A stretch of DNA of 64,000 nt from Octopus sinensis. Lineage: Eukaryota. Positions within the stretch are counted from its first letter, which is position 1; each line of letters begins with the position of its first letter. The notes beneath the pieces are model-generated. The model was not told the DNA's origin. It ran no database searches and saw only the letters and a list, made by a program, of their open reading frames with translations. The translations under genes and the position numbers were made by a program. This document shows positions 11,998 through 23,245 of this stretch, piece by piece. Location of the stretch: NCBI RefSeq assembly GCF_006345805.1, contig NC_043000.1:162626001-162690000 (forward strand), given 5' to 3'.

Positions 11998-12121
11998 GTA
12001 ATCGTTTTTATTTCGTATACTTTCATTTGTCTTGCTTATTTTTACACTTTGGTTTTTTGCTGAGTTTTTCTTGAGAACACATTCTTCGTGGAATATGGCG
12101 ATTTTGACGTCTATATCTAGC

Positions 12122-12152
<31 letters not shown>

Positions 12153-12349
12153 CATACATAAAACCCATGTGGGATACGTATGGAAGGAAGTAGGAGAAAA
12201 AGAGGAATGATAAAAAGAGGACTAAAAAAATTCTTTTGTACTGAAATTAAGAGCGGTTAAGAGGTTCGATTAAAAGATCCATAGAATGTGGTGTGTTTTT
12301 TTTAAATATAAATTATATATAAGGTATATAATAGAGTTCAAGGAGGTTC

Positions 12350-12442
12350 CCTTTCATCGGCCGTTTCTAGAGTTTATGTCCTGGTAGAAAAATTAATAAA
12401 TCTTACAAACCATACAGACAACGTCCCCTTCATCAGGAAAGG
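12350..12442 (-). ncRNA. Degenerate hammerhead-like motif
   Basis: CCTTTC-CTGATGA...GAAACGGCCGAT-GAAAGG. Stem I is perfect, U16.1 is replaced by A, and stem II is poor. Confidence 0.45.
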
Positions 12443-12481
12443 TGTCCTCATGAAATCACATTCTTGATATATATATATATA

Positions 12482-12512
<31 letters not shown>

Positions 12513-13499
12513 AGTGTGTGTGTACAACATCCATGTATAAATACACACCTATATTTATGTATGTATATGTGTATATATACCTTCATATATACATATATAC
12601 ATAAATACATACGTATGATTAAGTGTGTGCACGGGTATGTGTATTATGACGCACGTTTACACATTATGTCGTCTTAAATCAGTATCATTCGTTATTTATA
12701 CATGAAAGGATTATTATTTTTGTTATTGTTATTGTTGTTGTTGTTGTTTTATTATTGTTATTATTGTTATTATTGTGATTACTAATGATGAGAATAATAA
12801 TGCTAACAATATCACATATTCCTATTCTTAATAGCAATTAAAAAGATATCAGCATTTTTCAAATGGTTAATTTGTTACATCAAGTTTATGATACCGGATA
12901 TGAGAAGGTAAAGTTCACTTACTTAAACACCAGCAGACATTAACATCCGGTCTGTTATTAATTTTTTTTGCTTTTGTTCACATAACCGACGCAAATGGCC
13001 TTTAAGGTGAAATAGAGAATTAGAAATAGTGTTCTCATTATTCTACTGTGTGTCTTTTCGTTTTTATCTCATTTGTGCAGTTACCATTAACATATTCCTT
13101 ACCATATAAAATTCATGATATCATGATATAGTCATTTCTAATGGCATTGCTAACCATTATCCACCTCCTTTCGCCTTGTCTTATGAATTTATTAAACCCA
13201 GACTGAAAAGAGAAGAAACCTCACAATATATAGAAAAATATTTTGTTATTGATGTAAATTGCTGATCACTGGACATTAATTTAGAAACTTTAATTAAAAC
13301 TCATGCCTTGATTTACATAGTACAGCGCGTCTTTCTATTGAATTTAAGTTTAATTTTCTTTGAAACATAATTCATTGAATTACACTGTTCATATGCTAAT
13401 GATGTTATTCGATATTTCGTGTTCATATCAATAGACACATGCCCACTCACAATGAAGCAAATGCATGTGCATATACATTCATAATACATACACAGATTT

Positions 13500-13568
13500 G
13501 TGCATATGCATATATATATACATATACATATCATGTATACGTATATATATATGTATATATATATACAC

Positions 13569-13607
<39 letters not shown>

Positions 13608-13761
13608 ACATGTATATACGTACACATATGCATATATATATACACGTATATATATATATATATACATACACACACATAATATATATATATATGTGTGTGT
13701 GTGTATGGACATAAATGTATACAAATACATATACATACGTACACATACGCATATATATATA

Positions 13762-13834
<73 letters not shown>

Positions 13835-13840
13835 TATAAT
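13500..13840. repeat. Compound (TA)n/(CA)n microsatellite
   Basis: Direct inspection. It is the source of several spurious YI-repeat ORFs. Confidence 0.95.
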
Positions 13841-14157
13841 GCTTATGCATATTGATATGTATGTTCGTTTTAGATACCAAACGTTATCACTTAAGATTGT
13901 GAAACAAATTCGTAAATTAATTATGAATACATTGGTATGTCATAAAGCTCAAAGCATGTTTATAAAGCTACATCCAGTATCGCAACTACTATCAACCGTT
14001 TCTAAACTAAAACCGATACAACCTACTAGATGAGAGGATTTGGAGAACGTTTGAGAAATATATGCAAGCAGATTAAAAACGAACAAGAGCTGAGTTCGAT
14101 TTGAAACAAACTGTTGTTGTTGTTATTATTTTTATCATTATCACAATTATTCTTATT

Positions 14158-14885
14158 GAGTGAGAGAGCAGTGCATACCATCAAAGTGTCAGTGGGGCAA
14201 CATATACGATGTCCAGTAACACATCATTACTACCCATCTGATAAGGGTACACCAGGCACATGCATCACAACCATATCTCGAGATTTTTACTCACTGTTCC
14301 CAGGGCTCCGACAATAATTGGTACCACTACCACATTCTTCATCGATCACAACTGCTTAACCTTCCAAGCTAACCTGTCATATCTATCAACTTTGTTTCTT
14401 CCTTATCGCATACCTTGTTGTCAGCTAGGCATGCTTTATCTATGATCCAGCATAGTTTGTTTTCTTTCTCAATTAAGACTATGCCTGGCTTCCTAGTCTT
14501 TATCTCATGGTTGTACTGAATCATAAAACCCCACAGGATCTTTGCATTATCACTTTCGGTGATGTCTTCGAGTTTGTGGTCATACCAATTTTTTTCCCTG
14601 TTAAGTCCATACTAGTTGCAAAGTGTCCAATGGACAAGCTTTGCTGTATGTCGTGGCATCCTTTATATTTCTTCTGGGCTAGTGGTGTACATTAGTTGGT
14701 AATATGCCATACGGTTTCACCATTTTGTCCACAGATTCTACATTTATCACTTTCTGATATGTTGTCTATTCTGTATTCTATGTAGTTTGTCCTTAGTGCT
14801 TGCTCTAGGGCAGCACAGATTAGATCCTCTGTTTCTGGTTTTAAATCATTTTTAGTCATCCACAGCCATCTTTGTTCTCTGTCTG
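14158..14885 (-). mobile_element. R4/Dong-type RLE LINE 3' fragment (family A)
   Basis: EQRWLWMTKNDLKPETEDLICAALEQALRTNY...CRICGQNGETVWH zinc-knuckle region, then a degenerate RLE. Bounded by (ATT)n-type tracts. Confidence 0.85.
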
Positions 14886-14888
14886 TTG

Positions 14889-14919
<31 letters not shown>

Positions 14920-14950
14920 CATTATTATTATTATTATTATTATTGTTATT

Positions 14951-17199
14951 CAGTAGTTTTATTTTTATAGCGTGCTTTCACTTCACTACCGAGCGCAGCT
15001 CTGTGTGCCTTGGGTATGTGCTGTGATTTGTTGTGATGCTCTGATGGTTATTGTATGGAAAGTGTTCTGCGTAGGATGTGTGCAGTGCCTAGTAGTGCAA
15101 TTTTCTGTATGTTATATGTGTTTGTAAGTCCTGGTGTTTTTTGTTATGTATTTGTCTGAATATTTTTTTATCATGCCTAATGCACCTACTATGATAGGAA
15201 TTGTTTCTGTTTTCAGGTTCCACATTCTAGTTATCCTATTTTCCAGGTCTTTGTATTTTGAGAGTTTCTCCATTTCTTTTAGAGACACGTTGTCATCTGC
15301 CGGTATTGATACATCAATTAGAAAGCATTTTTTTTCTTCATGATCTCTGACAACTATATCTGGTCTGTTGGCCTTAATTTCTCTATCTGTGTGTATCGGC
15401 ATATCCCAGAGTATGGTTGCTTTCTCGTTTTCTGTGACCTTTTCTGGTGTGTGCCTATACCATCTTTTTTTTTTTGCTATTCCATAATGTTGGCATAGCT
15501 TCCAATGTATGTAGGTTCCAACTCTGTCATGTCTGTGAATATATTCCTTCTTAGCCAGGACTGGGCAGCTAGAGATAATATGATTTATTGTTTCTTGTCC
15601 ATCTCCACATATTCTGCAGTTACTTGTAATATTTCTTTTCATTACATGTTTTTGGTAATTTCTGGTGGGGAGGCTTTGGTCTTGTGCTGCAATTAAAAAT
15701 CCCTCTGTTTCTGCTTTGAGTCCTGAGCTTCTCAACCATTGCTGGGATTTTTTCTTGTCTATTTCTTTTGCGTTTAGTTTAGTGCAGTATTTACCATGAA
15801 GGGGCTTTTTCTGCCATCGTTTTATCATGGCTTGTTGCTGCTCTATTTTTAGTTTGGATTTCATTTGTTTTATAGCTTTTTTTGTTTCTTCTTCATCATC
15901 TTCTTCTTCTTCTTTGTGTTTATTAGGTGGTATGATTTCTTGTTTGTATCTGTCAGCTTCCTTAAATACTGAGAACAGTTTTTTTGTTTTGCTCGTGTTT
16001 TGCTGCTATCTGGATCAGTTTTCCTTCCTTCTGAAGTAGGTATTTTTGCAGTCCTATGGTGGTTATTTTATAGTAGTTTTCCAGCTGTATAAGGCCTCTA
16101 CCACCTTCTATACGTTGTATATATAGTCTTTCAATGTCAGATTTTGGGTGATGCATCCTAGATCCTGTCAGTATTTTTCTTGTTTTCCTATCTATTTTGG
16201 ACAGTTCATTTCGTGTCCAGTTAAGGATATTGTAGCTGTAACTTATAACTGGGACAGCTAAAGTGTTAATACCTATTATCTTGTTTTTAGCATTGAGCTC
16301 TGTTTTTAGTATTGATCTAACTCGTCTATAATATTCTTTTTTTATTTTCTCTTTCATTTGTGTGTGTTGTGTCTTATCTAGTTCATGGATTCCTAAGTAT
16401 TTGTAAGTTTGGCTTAGGTCTAATTCTTTTATTTCATTGGTTTTATCTAGTGTGATGTTGTTACTCTTAACTAGTTTTCCTCTTTTCATGGTTACTTTGG
16501 CGCATTTTTCTAATCCAAATTTCATATCTATTTCTTTGGTAAATCCATGAACTGTCTTTAATAGTGTTTCCAGCTGTTGTCATTTGCAGCGTATAGTTTT
16601 AGGTCATCCATATATAAAAGGTGGCTGATCGTTTTGCCGTAACATTTATATCCGCATCCAGTTCTATTTAGCATATCAGATAGAGGTGACAGTGCGAAGC
16701 AGAAAAGGAGTGGAGAGAGTGTGTCTCCCTGGAATATTCCTCTTCTAATGGGGATGTCTTTGGTTTTCATGAGTCCCTCTTTTGTTTGGAGGTGTAGGAC
16801 TGTTTGCCATTTATTCATAGAGTGCTCTATGAATTTTATGTTTGTTGGTGCTACTTTGTTAATGGCTAGTGTTTCGAGGATCCATGTGTGGGGGATGCTA
16901 TCAAACGCCTTTTTGTAGTCAATCCAGGCCATACTGAGGTCTTTCTTCTTTCTGTGGCTGTCTTCAGTTACGGCTTTATTAATCATTAGTTGATCTTTAC
17001 AGCCATATGAGCCCTTGCGGCATCCTTTCTGCTCTTCTGGGAACAGTTTGTTTTCGTCCAGGTGCTTGTTCAGCCTTTGCGATATCACTGCAGTAAATGC
17101 CTTGAACATAGTAGGGAGGCAGGTTATTGGTCTGTAGTTTTCTGGTTTTGTTGTTTCATTTGATTTGGGAATTAAGATGGTTTTCCCCTTCGTGCAGCA
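14951..17199 (-). mobile_element. R4/Dong-type RLE LINE (family B), 5'-truncated and frameshifted: RT, zinc knuckle, RLE
   Basis: ORFs 16558-17109 (WIDYKKAFDS, GIFQGDTLSP, LLYMDDLKLY), 15962-16525 and 15112-15864 (CRICG..ETINHIISSC; RPDIVV...IDVSIP...EKLSKY). (ATT)n on both sides. Confidence 0.95.
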
Positions 17200-17255
<56 letters not shown>

Positions 17256-17264
17256 TATTATTAT

Positions 17265-17921
17265 TTTGGTTTGGCTCAGGTCCGGTCTTATTCCTGGTAG
17301 GATTTATGTGGGTAACGGTTTACTACATGTTACCTTACGTATCCAGAAGTTTTCAGCTCTCTTTCAGATGCTTAGAACCTTCCCGATACACCTTGCTGCT
17401 CGTAAGGGACAAAATTTCTGTAGGAAATATAACGGGCACTCTATTGCCATCTCCTTCAGCCATGTGTCTATATTTTTGTTTACTGTACAACCCCCCGCCA
17501 TTTTTATAGGTACTACCTTTACTGTTCTCATGCTCCAAATTTCTTCTATTTCAAATTTTAAAAGAATGTATTTCTTTTTCATCCACTTTCTTTATGATGT
17601 TGGAATCAAACGGGCATGATGGGTCGATCAGTAAGCAACTTTGCTTTTACTTATCTATGATTATTATGTTCGATCTATTATTTTCTAACTTCTCCGTTTG
17701 AGTAGGAAAGTCCCGCAAATTCTTACGTTTCTCCCATACCAGTACTCTTTCGACACGGTGATTGTACCACGTGTTTCCAGGTTCTCTATTTCTGGCACAG
17801 TTTCCAGTGTAAAACTTTTACAACCTGGTCGTGCCTCCATTTCTTATATTCTTCCTGTGCCAGCTTGATGCATTCTCTCACAATGTGTGCCACTGTCTCG
17901 TTCCATGTTCCACAGGCTTTC
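17265..17921 (-). mobile_element. R4/Dong-type LINE 3' fragment (family C)
   Basis: CGTWNETVAHIVRECIKLAQEEYKKWRHDQVVKVLHWKLC; FEIEEIWSMRTVKVVPI. The 3' UTR is related to that at 55668. Flanked by (ATT)n. Confidence 0.8.
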
Positions 17922-17946
17922 ATTATTATTATTATTATTATTATTA

Positions 17947-17989
<43 letters not shown>

Positions 17990-18267
17990 CGTCATTCACT
18001 TCTCAGAGCTCTCGATTTCACTTACACTGGTTAATTTCCTGTTATCATGGGTATCACAGAGTTTCTTTCCACTCTACTTTACATCCAACTACCAATCCGC
18101 AAATCTTTGCTGCCTACAAAACGAAAACAGTTTTCTGAGAATCTGAGTTTCATGTATCACAATGTAGCTATGAATATTGATATGTTGTGTTCATGTGTAC
18201 GTGTGTAATATTACTTATGCACGTATATTAATGTATATGAGAAGTGAAGTGAACTTGCATAAATGCA

Positions 18268-18310
<43 letters not shown>

Positions 18311-18809
18311 GCGTGCGCTATTATGCATGCAGACAGCCACATTCACACACTTAAATACGTGTGAATTTTAAGTCCATGAACCATTATTTGCGTGTACATA
18401 TATACACGTCAACATACTGACATGCATACGCCCAAAAACGTCATGTCATTTTATTTATCGGTTTAATTACATAGCCCGGGGATGCTAAATCAAGCTATCT
18501 GGAAATGGTGAAAATTAGAGTTGGCATCAATATATATTGCAATAATGGAACATTTTTGCGAAAAGAAAACACTCCCTAAAATTGACATAAATTAAACGGG
18601 TCACTGTCGGTTTAGGCGTTGGGTAATCCAGCATCTCGACCAACTGAACTCTTTAGCGATTGAATTACGATTTAAGTGACCGAGTAACCCACAGACACTT
18701 GTGCTCTTACTATAAGACTGAGATAGTATCAGAGTGACGCATTTTGTAACAACCAGCGACAGAATAATATACATTATTTCATCATTAGCCTCGATGAAAT
18801 AATTGTTTC

Positions 18810-19020
18810 AAATTTGTACACAAGGCCAGCAAGTTTCGGAAAGGGGCTAAGTCGATTACATCGACTCCAGTGCACAACTGGTACTTATGCTATCGACTCA
18901 AAAGGATGAAAGGTAAAGTCGACCTTGGCGAAATTTGAACTCGGAATATAAGGAGGGACGAAAAACCACCAAGCTTATTGGGCGCAACGGTAACGATTCT
19001 GTGAGCTCGCCGTCTTACAG
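18810..19020 (-). mobile_element. SINE (dominant family)
   Basis: AAAGGATGAAAGGTAAAGTCGACCTTGGCGAAATTTGAACTC core. Confidence 0.8.
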
Positions 19021-19090
19021 CGATTAGATAATAAACAAAAACAGTTTTTAAATGGCGAAAAATGTTGAAGGATAACTGTGTAATATATTA

Positions 19091-20210
19091 GACTAACATT
19101 AAAGACCCGTCGTTGCCGGGTCATAAGTTTTAGGGAAACACATAGACAGACAGACACACATTCTAGGTTTTGTATATATACTAGCATTAAAGACCCGTCG
19201 TTGCCAGGTCATAGTGCTAGAGCATGTATATATGTGTATATATGTGTGTACATATTACATGTACATCTATATATATACATCTACACATAAAATACAAAAT
19301 ACAAAGTTATATCTTGATATCGCTAGTGATAACAATACTCAAAATATATAACAGACTGGAATTGTAAGCCCGTCTCTTGCAATTTCGATCAATTGTATCT
19401 TGTCCTCCCTCTTGAATAGAAGTGTGGCTACAATCCAGCCTACCTCAACTTCGGGGGGGGGGGGGATTTTAAATTTTTATCCGGCACGTCCTACGTCCCA
19501 AATATAAAGGTAAAAATAAAATATTTCCACTTTGAAAGTTCGAGTTGAGTACTCCCTTGCACGCTCCGTTGACTCGAAACTTGCTTCTATTGTGGCGAAT
19601 TTACCGCCTCTGGTTAGATATCTTTCATAGTCACACCAAGACACTTTTCGAAGGTGCTTTCCTCCAGGTGTTCAAATCTTCGTTTTTTCTCTACATTGTA
19701 TACTTTATAGACAATAGTCTTTTTTTTAATTTAATTTTTTATTATCCATCTGGACTATTCCATTTCTGCACGCTAATTTTATTTTTAATTTATTCCCATT
19801 CCTGTGAAACCACTCATTCAAGTTCAAATCATTGATGCAATTTTATACCAATTGCTATTTTTACTTTTGTTATCTTACGATTATATTATACTTTAGTTTG
19901 ATTTTAATTATTACTTACTACATATAATTCAATTGTTATTATTATTTTTATTGTTAAAGTTAAAGTATCTGACATAAAATCGAGAAACGTTTTTGTTTCA
20001 CTTTTAACACGTAATACTGAAATAGTGGAGAAGATATGATATTGCTATGGGCTCGCTCTAGGCAAGAAGTTGAACATTTTTTTGCCCATGAAACTACATG
20101 GACCCTAAGTAAGGCATGTGTAAAATTTGAATGAAATTGGTTGTGTAGTTCACAAGTTTTAGGGAAACACACAGACATACACACATTCTCAGTTTTATAT
20201 ATATATAGAT
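19091..20210 (+). mobile_element. Helitron-like non-autonomous element with a duplicated 5' end
   Basis: CTAR-CATTAAAGACCCGTCGTTGCCRGGTC occurs twice (~19091, ~19181). The 3' end is CACACATTCTCAGTTTTATATATATATAGAT. Same end layout as 52898. Confidence 0.55.
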
Positions 20211-20299
20211 TACAATTGGAATATTATTACTACTTTGTTTTATATAGATAATGTAGTTCCAATTTTCATTCTCAAAGTCTCCTTCCATGTTCTTTGCCC

Positions 20300-20720
20300 G
20301 CTACTCCTAGGAGGGCTGTAGGGGTAGAATCTTCAAGTTATTTCTCCATAAGATCCTATCAAGAGCAATCGTCATTAGATTTTCCGGTTGGATTCTCAAC
20401 CATCTTGTTCTGGTCTACTGCTAAGTCTCCTGCCGGTTGATTCGGCTTCCGTCTTGCCATACTTTCGTACGACATTCTAACCACATGTCCCTAATCCCGC
20501 ATCTGTAATTTCTCAATTCGTAGCGACTCGACGTGGACAGATTCCAAAATCTCCGTGCTACACTCTCTGTCAAGTAACATTTCTCCCAAGATCCGTCGGA
20601 GGAATCTCTTTTTGACTGCTTGTATTTGCGATTTTATTCCTTCTGCCATAGAGCCTGCAGAAGTATCCAACACTCATGGACATAGGTATACCGGCCACAA
20701 GTCAAAGCTGAACTAGGTAA
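20300..20720 (-). mobile_element. RTE-clade LINE C-terminal remnant
   Basis: IKSQIQAVKKRFLRRILGEMLLDRECSTEILESVHVESLRIEKLQMRD*GHVVRM. Confidence 0.7.
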
Positions 20721-21039
20721 GTTCCGCACCCCATGCAAAATAACTGCAAGTAATACAAATTGAAACTGCATTTGTATAGCTAAGGTTAAAAGAATGCGTA
20801 CATCGTATCTGATTCATAGAGTTACGAAAATGCTGTCCCGCTAAAACCGCATACAGAAAAAACGATGTGAACATACATAAAGTGCCGAAATTTTCTTCTC
20901 ATCTGTCGAAATTAAGACAGTAAAAATGTAGCTGTGTCCGCAATAAATCCATTTATATATTATTTGCATACTTTACGAATACAATCTACCCCGAGTAGAA
21001 AGCTATGACAATATTTCTTTTTTCTTCTTTTTTTTCAGT

Positions 21040-21270
21040 TGTTTCAGTCAATGGATTGAACCCTTCAAGGTGGCGCTGGGGAAACGACTTAAAGGGTTTA
21101 GTCAAACAAATCGACTGAAAAGCTTATTTTTTAAAACTTGGTACTTGTTCTATTGCTCTTATCAGCCGAGCCGCTATGTTCCGGGAATATTAACAAATTA
21201 ACATCGGTTGCCAAGCAGCAGCAGAAGTAACACGTAAACAGAGCAGTCGTAACAGAGGGCAACACGTTAA
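21040..21270 (-). mobile_element. SINE (second family, degenerate)
   Basis: TTGTTTCAGTCA...GGGTTTAGTCAAACAAATCGAC; the opposite orientation of the copy at 25440-25630. Confidence 0.6.
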
Positions 21271-21385
21271 CACAAACACACACACAAACATGCATACATA
21301 CATAAATACATGCATACATATAATGTTATAATAAAAACAAGTCTTGTTAAATACAGGTACCCAGGATTTTCGGGGAAGGTGTGTT

Positions 21386-22210
21386 GTTGTGTTGAACTTT
21401 CCGAAAATACTACCTTACATATCTACATACAACCCCAGAAACAAAGAAGCCTTCACCATCATCACCCAGAATTTACCAATACTTCATAAAAACCCAAAAT
21501 TAAAGGAAATTCTAAACATACACCAAATCATTAAAAGCTACAAACAGCCTAAGTCACTTAAAAAGATTCTCACAAAGGCAAAATTGTCTTCTAAAATTAC
21601 GGATGCAAAAGTAAAAAAATGTGGTAGATCGAACTGTGCAACATGTCCTAACCTATTGGAAGGATCAGAATTCTTCTTTAAAGAGGGACAGAAATTCAAG
21701 ATCAAATCTAACTTTACTTGTGCCTCTGAAAACATAATTTATGTCATTAAATGCTCGGGCTGCCACCAAGACTACGTGGGTTCCACGGGACTATCACTCA
21801 GGCGCAGATGCACACTGCATCGACAACAGATTGCATTCCCAGAATATAGAATGATACCTTTTAGTGAGCACATTGAGAAATGCGCAAAGCAACTACTGCC
21901 ACAATTTTTAATCTTCCCATTTTACCAATGTGCTTTCGGATCATCAACACAAATGAGACTGAACAAGGAAACATTCTTCATTGAAAAGTACAAACCCAGA
22001 CTCAACCATCCGAACATACTGACACAGAGAAATTAACAAGGGAAAGGGAAAAAAAATTTTAAGCGATTATCTCCCTTACACCGGAAGAAATCACTCACTA
22101 CCTCCCCTTATTTAGAAATCTCCTGAAAATAAACACAACGATAACTCCATGCAATATAAACATAACGTCACAAGAAATTTGAAAAGCTACACGCGAAACC
22201 GGTAATTTCT
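21386..22210 (+). mobile_element. Penelope-like element 3' end: open frame encoding the GIY-YIG endonuclease (to stop 22036), 3' UTR with HHR remnant
   Basis: CGRSNCATC...FTCASENIIYVIKCSGCHQDYVGSTGLSLRRRCTLH...FSEH...RLNKETFFIEKYKPRLN. Downstream lies GAAATCTC-CTGAAAA...GAAACCGGTA-ATTTC at 22114-22210. Confidence 0.9.
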
Positions 22211-22790
22211 TTAAAAATTTTTAAATTATGTCATTTTAAGGAAAGGAAAAAAATTTTTCCAATATTCTCCAGACATTTTGACACAAATATATATATTTTT
22301 TAACATTTAAGCCTTCTGTCGTTTTTTCACACTTTACTATTTTCTTATATATTCACCCACGTTCTTTACCAAACAAACTTTCTTATCTATATATATATAT
22401 ATATATTAGGTTCATGGTTATATATATGCATATATACATACGTATATGTACATACATAGATTTATACGTATATATATGCATATGTGGGCACAGGACGTCA
22501 TGAAACGTGTACAACAAAAAAATACGAATTACGAGTACATGAAATAAGAACTATTTTTTCGAACAACGAAAGAAACAAATGTTAAACTAGACAAACAACA
22601 TAAAGAACGACCATTCATCAGTCGTTGGCTGTTTTCTACTCCCGTATTTTGAGCTTTTGACAACAATATACGCTTTCCATAAAACAGTTGCTCCCGCAAA
22701 GCAAATTAAGTAAAATTTGGGATTTTGCGGAGGGTCAAAATTGGTAACACAAACAGGACAGTGAAAACAAACAGGAAGGGCTGTTTATAT

Positions 22791-22821
<31 letters not shown>

Positions 22822-22832
22822 GTAGTAACAAG

Positions 22833-23058
22833 TAAAGTTAGTCGCCACATCAAAGTCGCTGTTCCCTGTTACAACTAGTTTAACCCCATGCAGATCTTAC
22901 GCCAGCTGATTATCGGTGTGACGCTGCACCCTTTATGCCCTTTATATACTGTATATAAAAGGTGCAGCGTCGCACTGATAGCCAACTGGCGTAAGATTTG
23001 CTTGGGGTTAAACTAGTTGTAACAGGGAACGGCGACTTTGATGTTGCGAGTGACTTAT
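22833..23058. repeat. Long hairpin with ~95-bp arms
   Basis: CATCAAAGTCGCTGTTCCCTGTTACAACTAGTTTAACCCC...GACGCTGCACC mirrored by GGTGCAGCGTC...GGGGTTAAACTAGTTGTAACAGGGAACGGCGACTTTGATG. Confidence 0.9.
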
Positions 23059-23097
23059 AAATATTATTTGCACATTTCTTTTTATTCTCTCTCTTTC

Positions 23098-23135
23098 GTT
23101 TCTGTTGAAGAGCGTAAGCACGAAAAGTAAAAGAC
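23098..23135 (+). ncRNA. Decayed minimal hammerhead resembling the 2618 motif
   Basis: GTTT-CTGTTGA-A-GAGC(GTAA)GCAC-GAAAAGTA. Core positions are mutated. Confidence 0.4.
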
Positions 23136-23245
23136 TTTCTCACCCTCCCGAGCGTTAAACTAATACTCCTATTTGTTGTTTATACACCTGCCTTCGTCTT
23201 CTGGTTTTTTTTTCTGTAAATTCCAAGTATATATATATATATATT

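Larger units (their letters stand above)
11262..12125. mobile_element. HHR-bearing element: left arm with 542-bp period plus inverted right arm, in (TA)n
   Basis: AATTAAATAAGGGTAGAAAT occurs at 11262 and 11804. Segment 11395-11670 is inverted at 11860-12125. Confidence 0.85.

Noticed and set aside
13313-14033. Long ORFs (up to 172 aa) of YI/CV repeats; similar ones at 32781-33179, 46028-46532, 55277-55716 and 59147-59562
   Set aside because: Microsatellite read-throughs without stop codons.
22557-22628. CTGATGA...GAAA on the minus strand in a TA-flanked element
   Set aside because: No NUH site, stem III or stem I pairing can be drawn.
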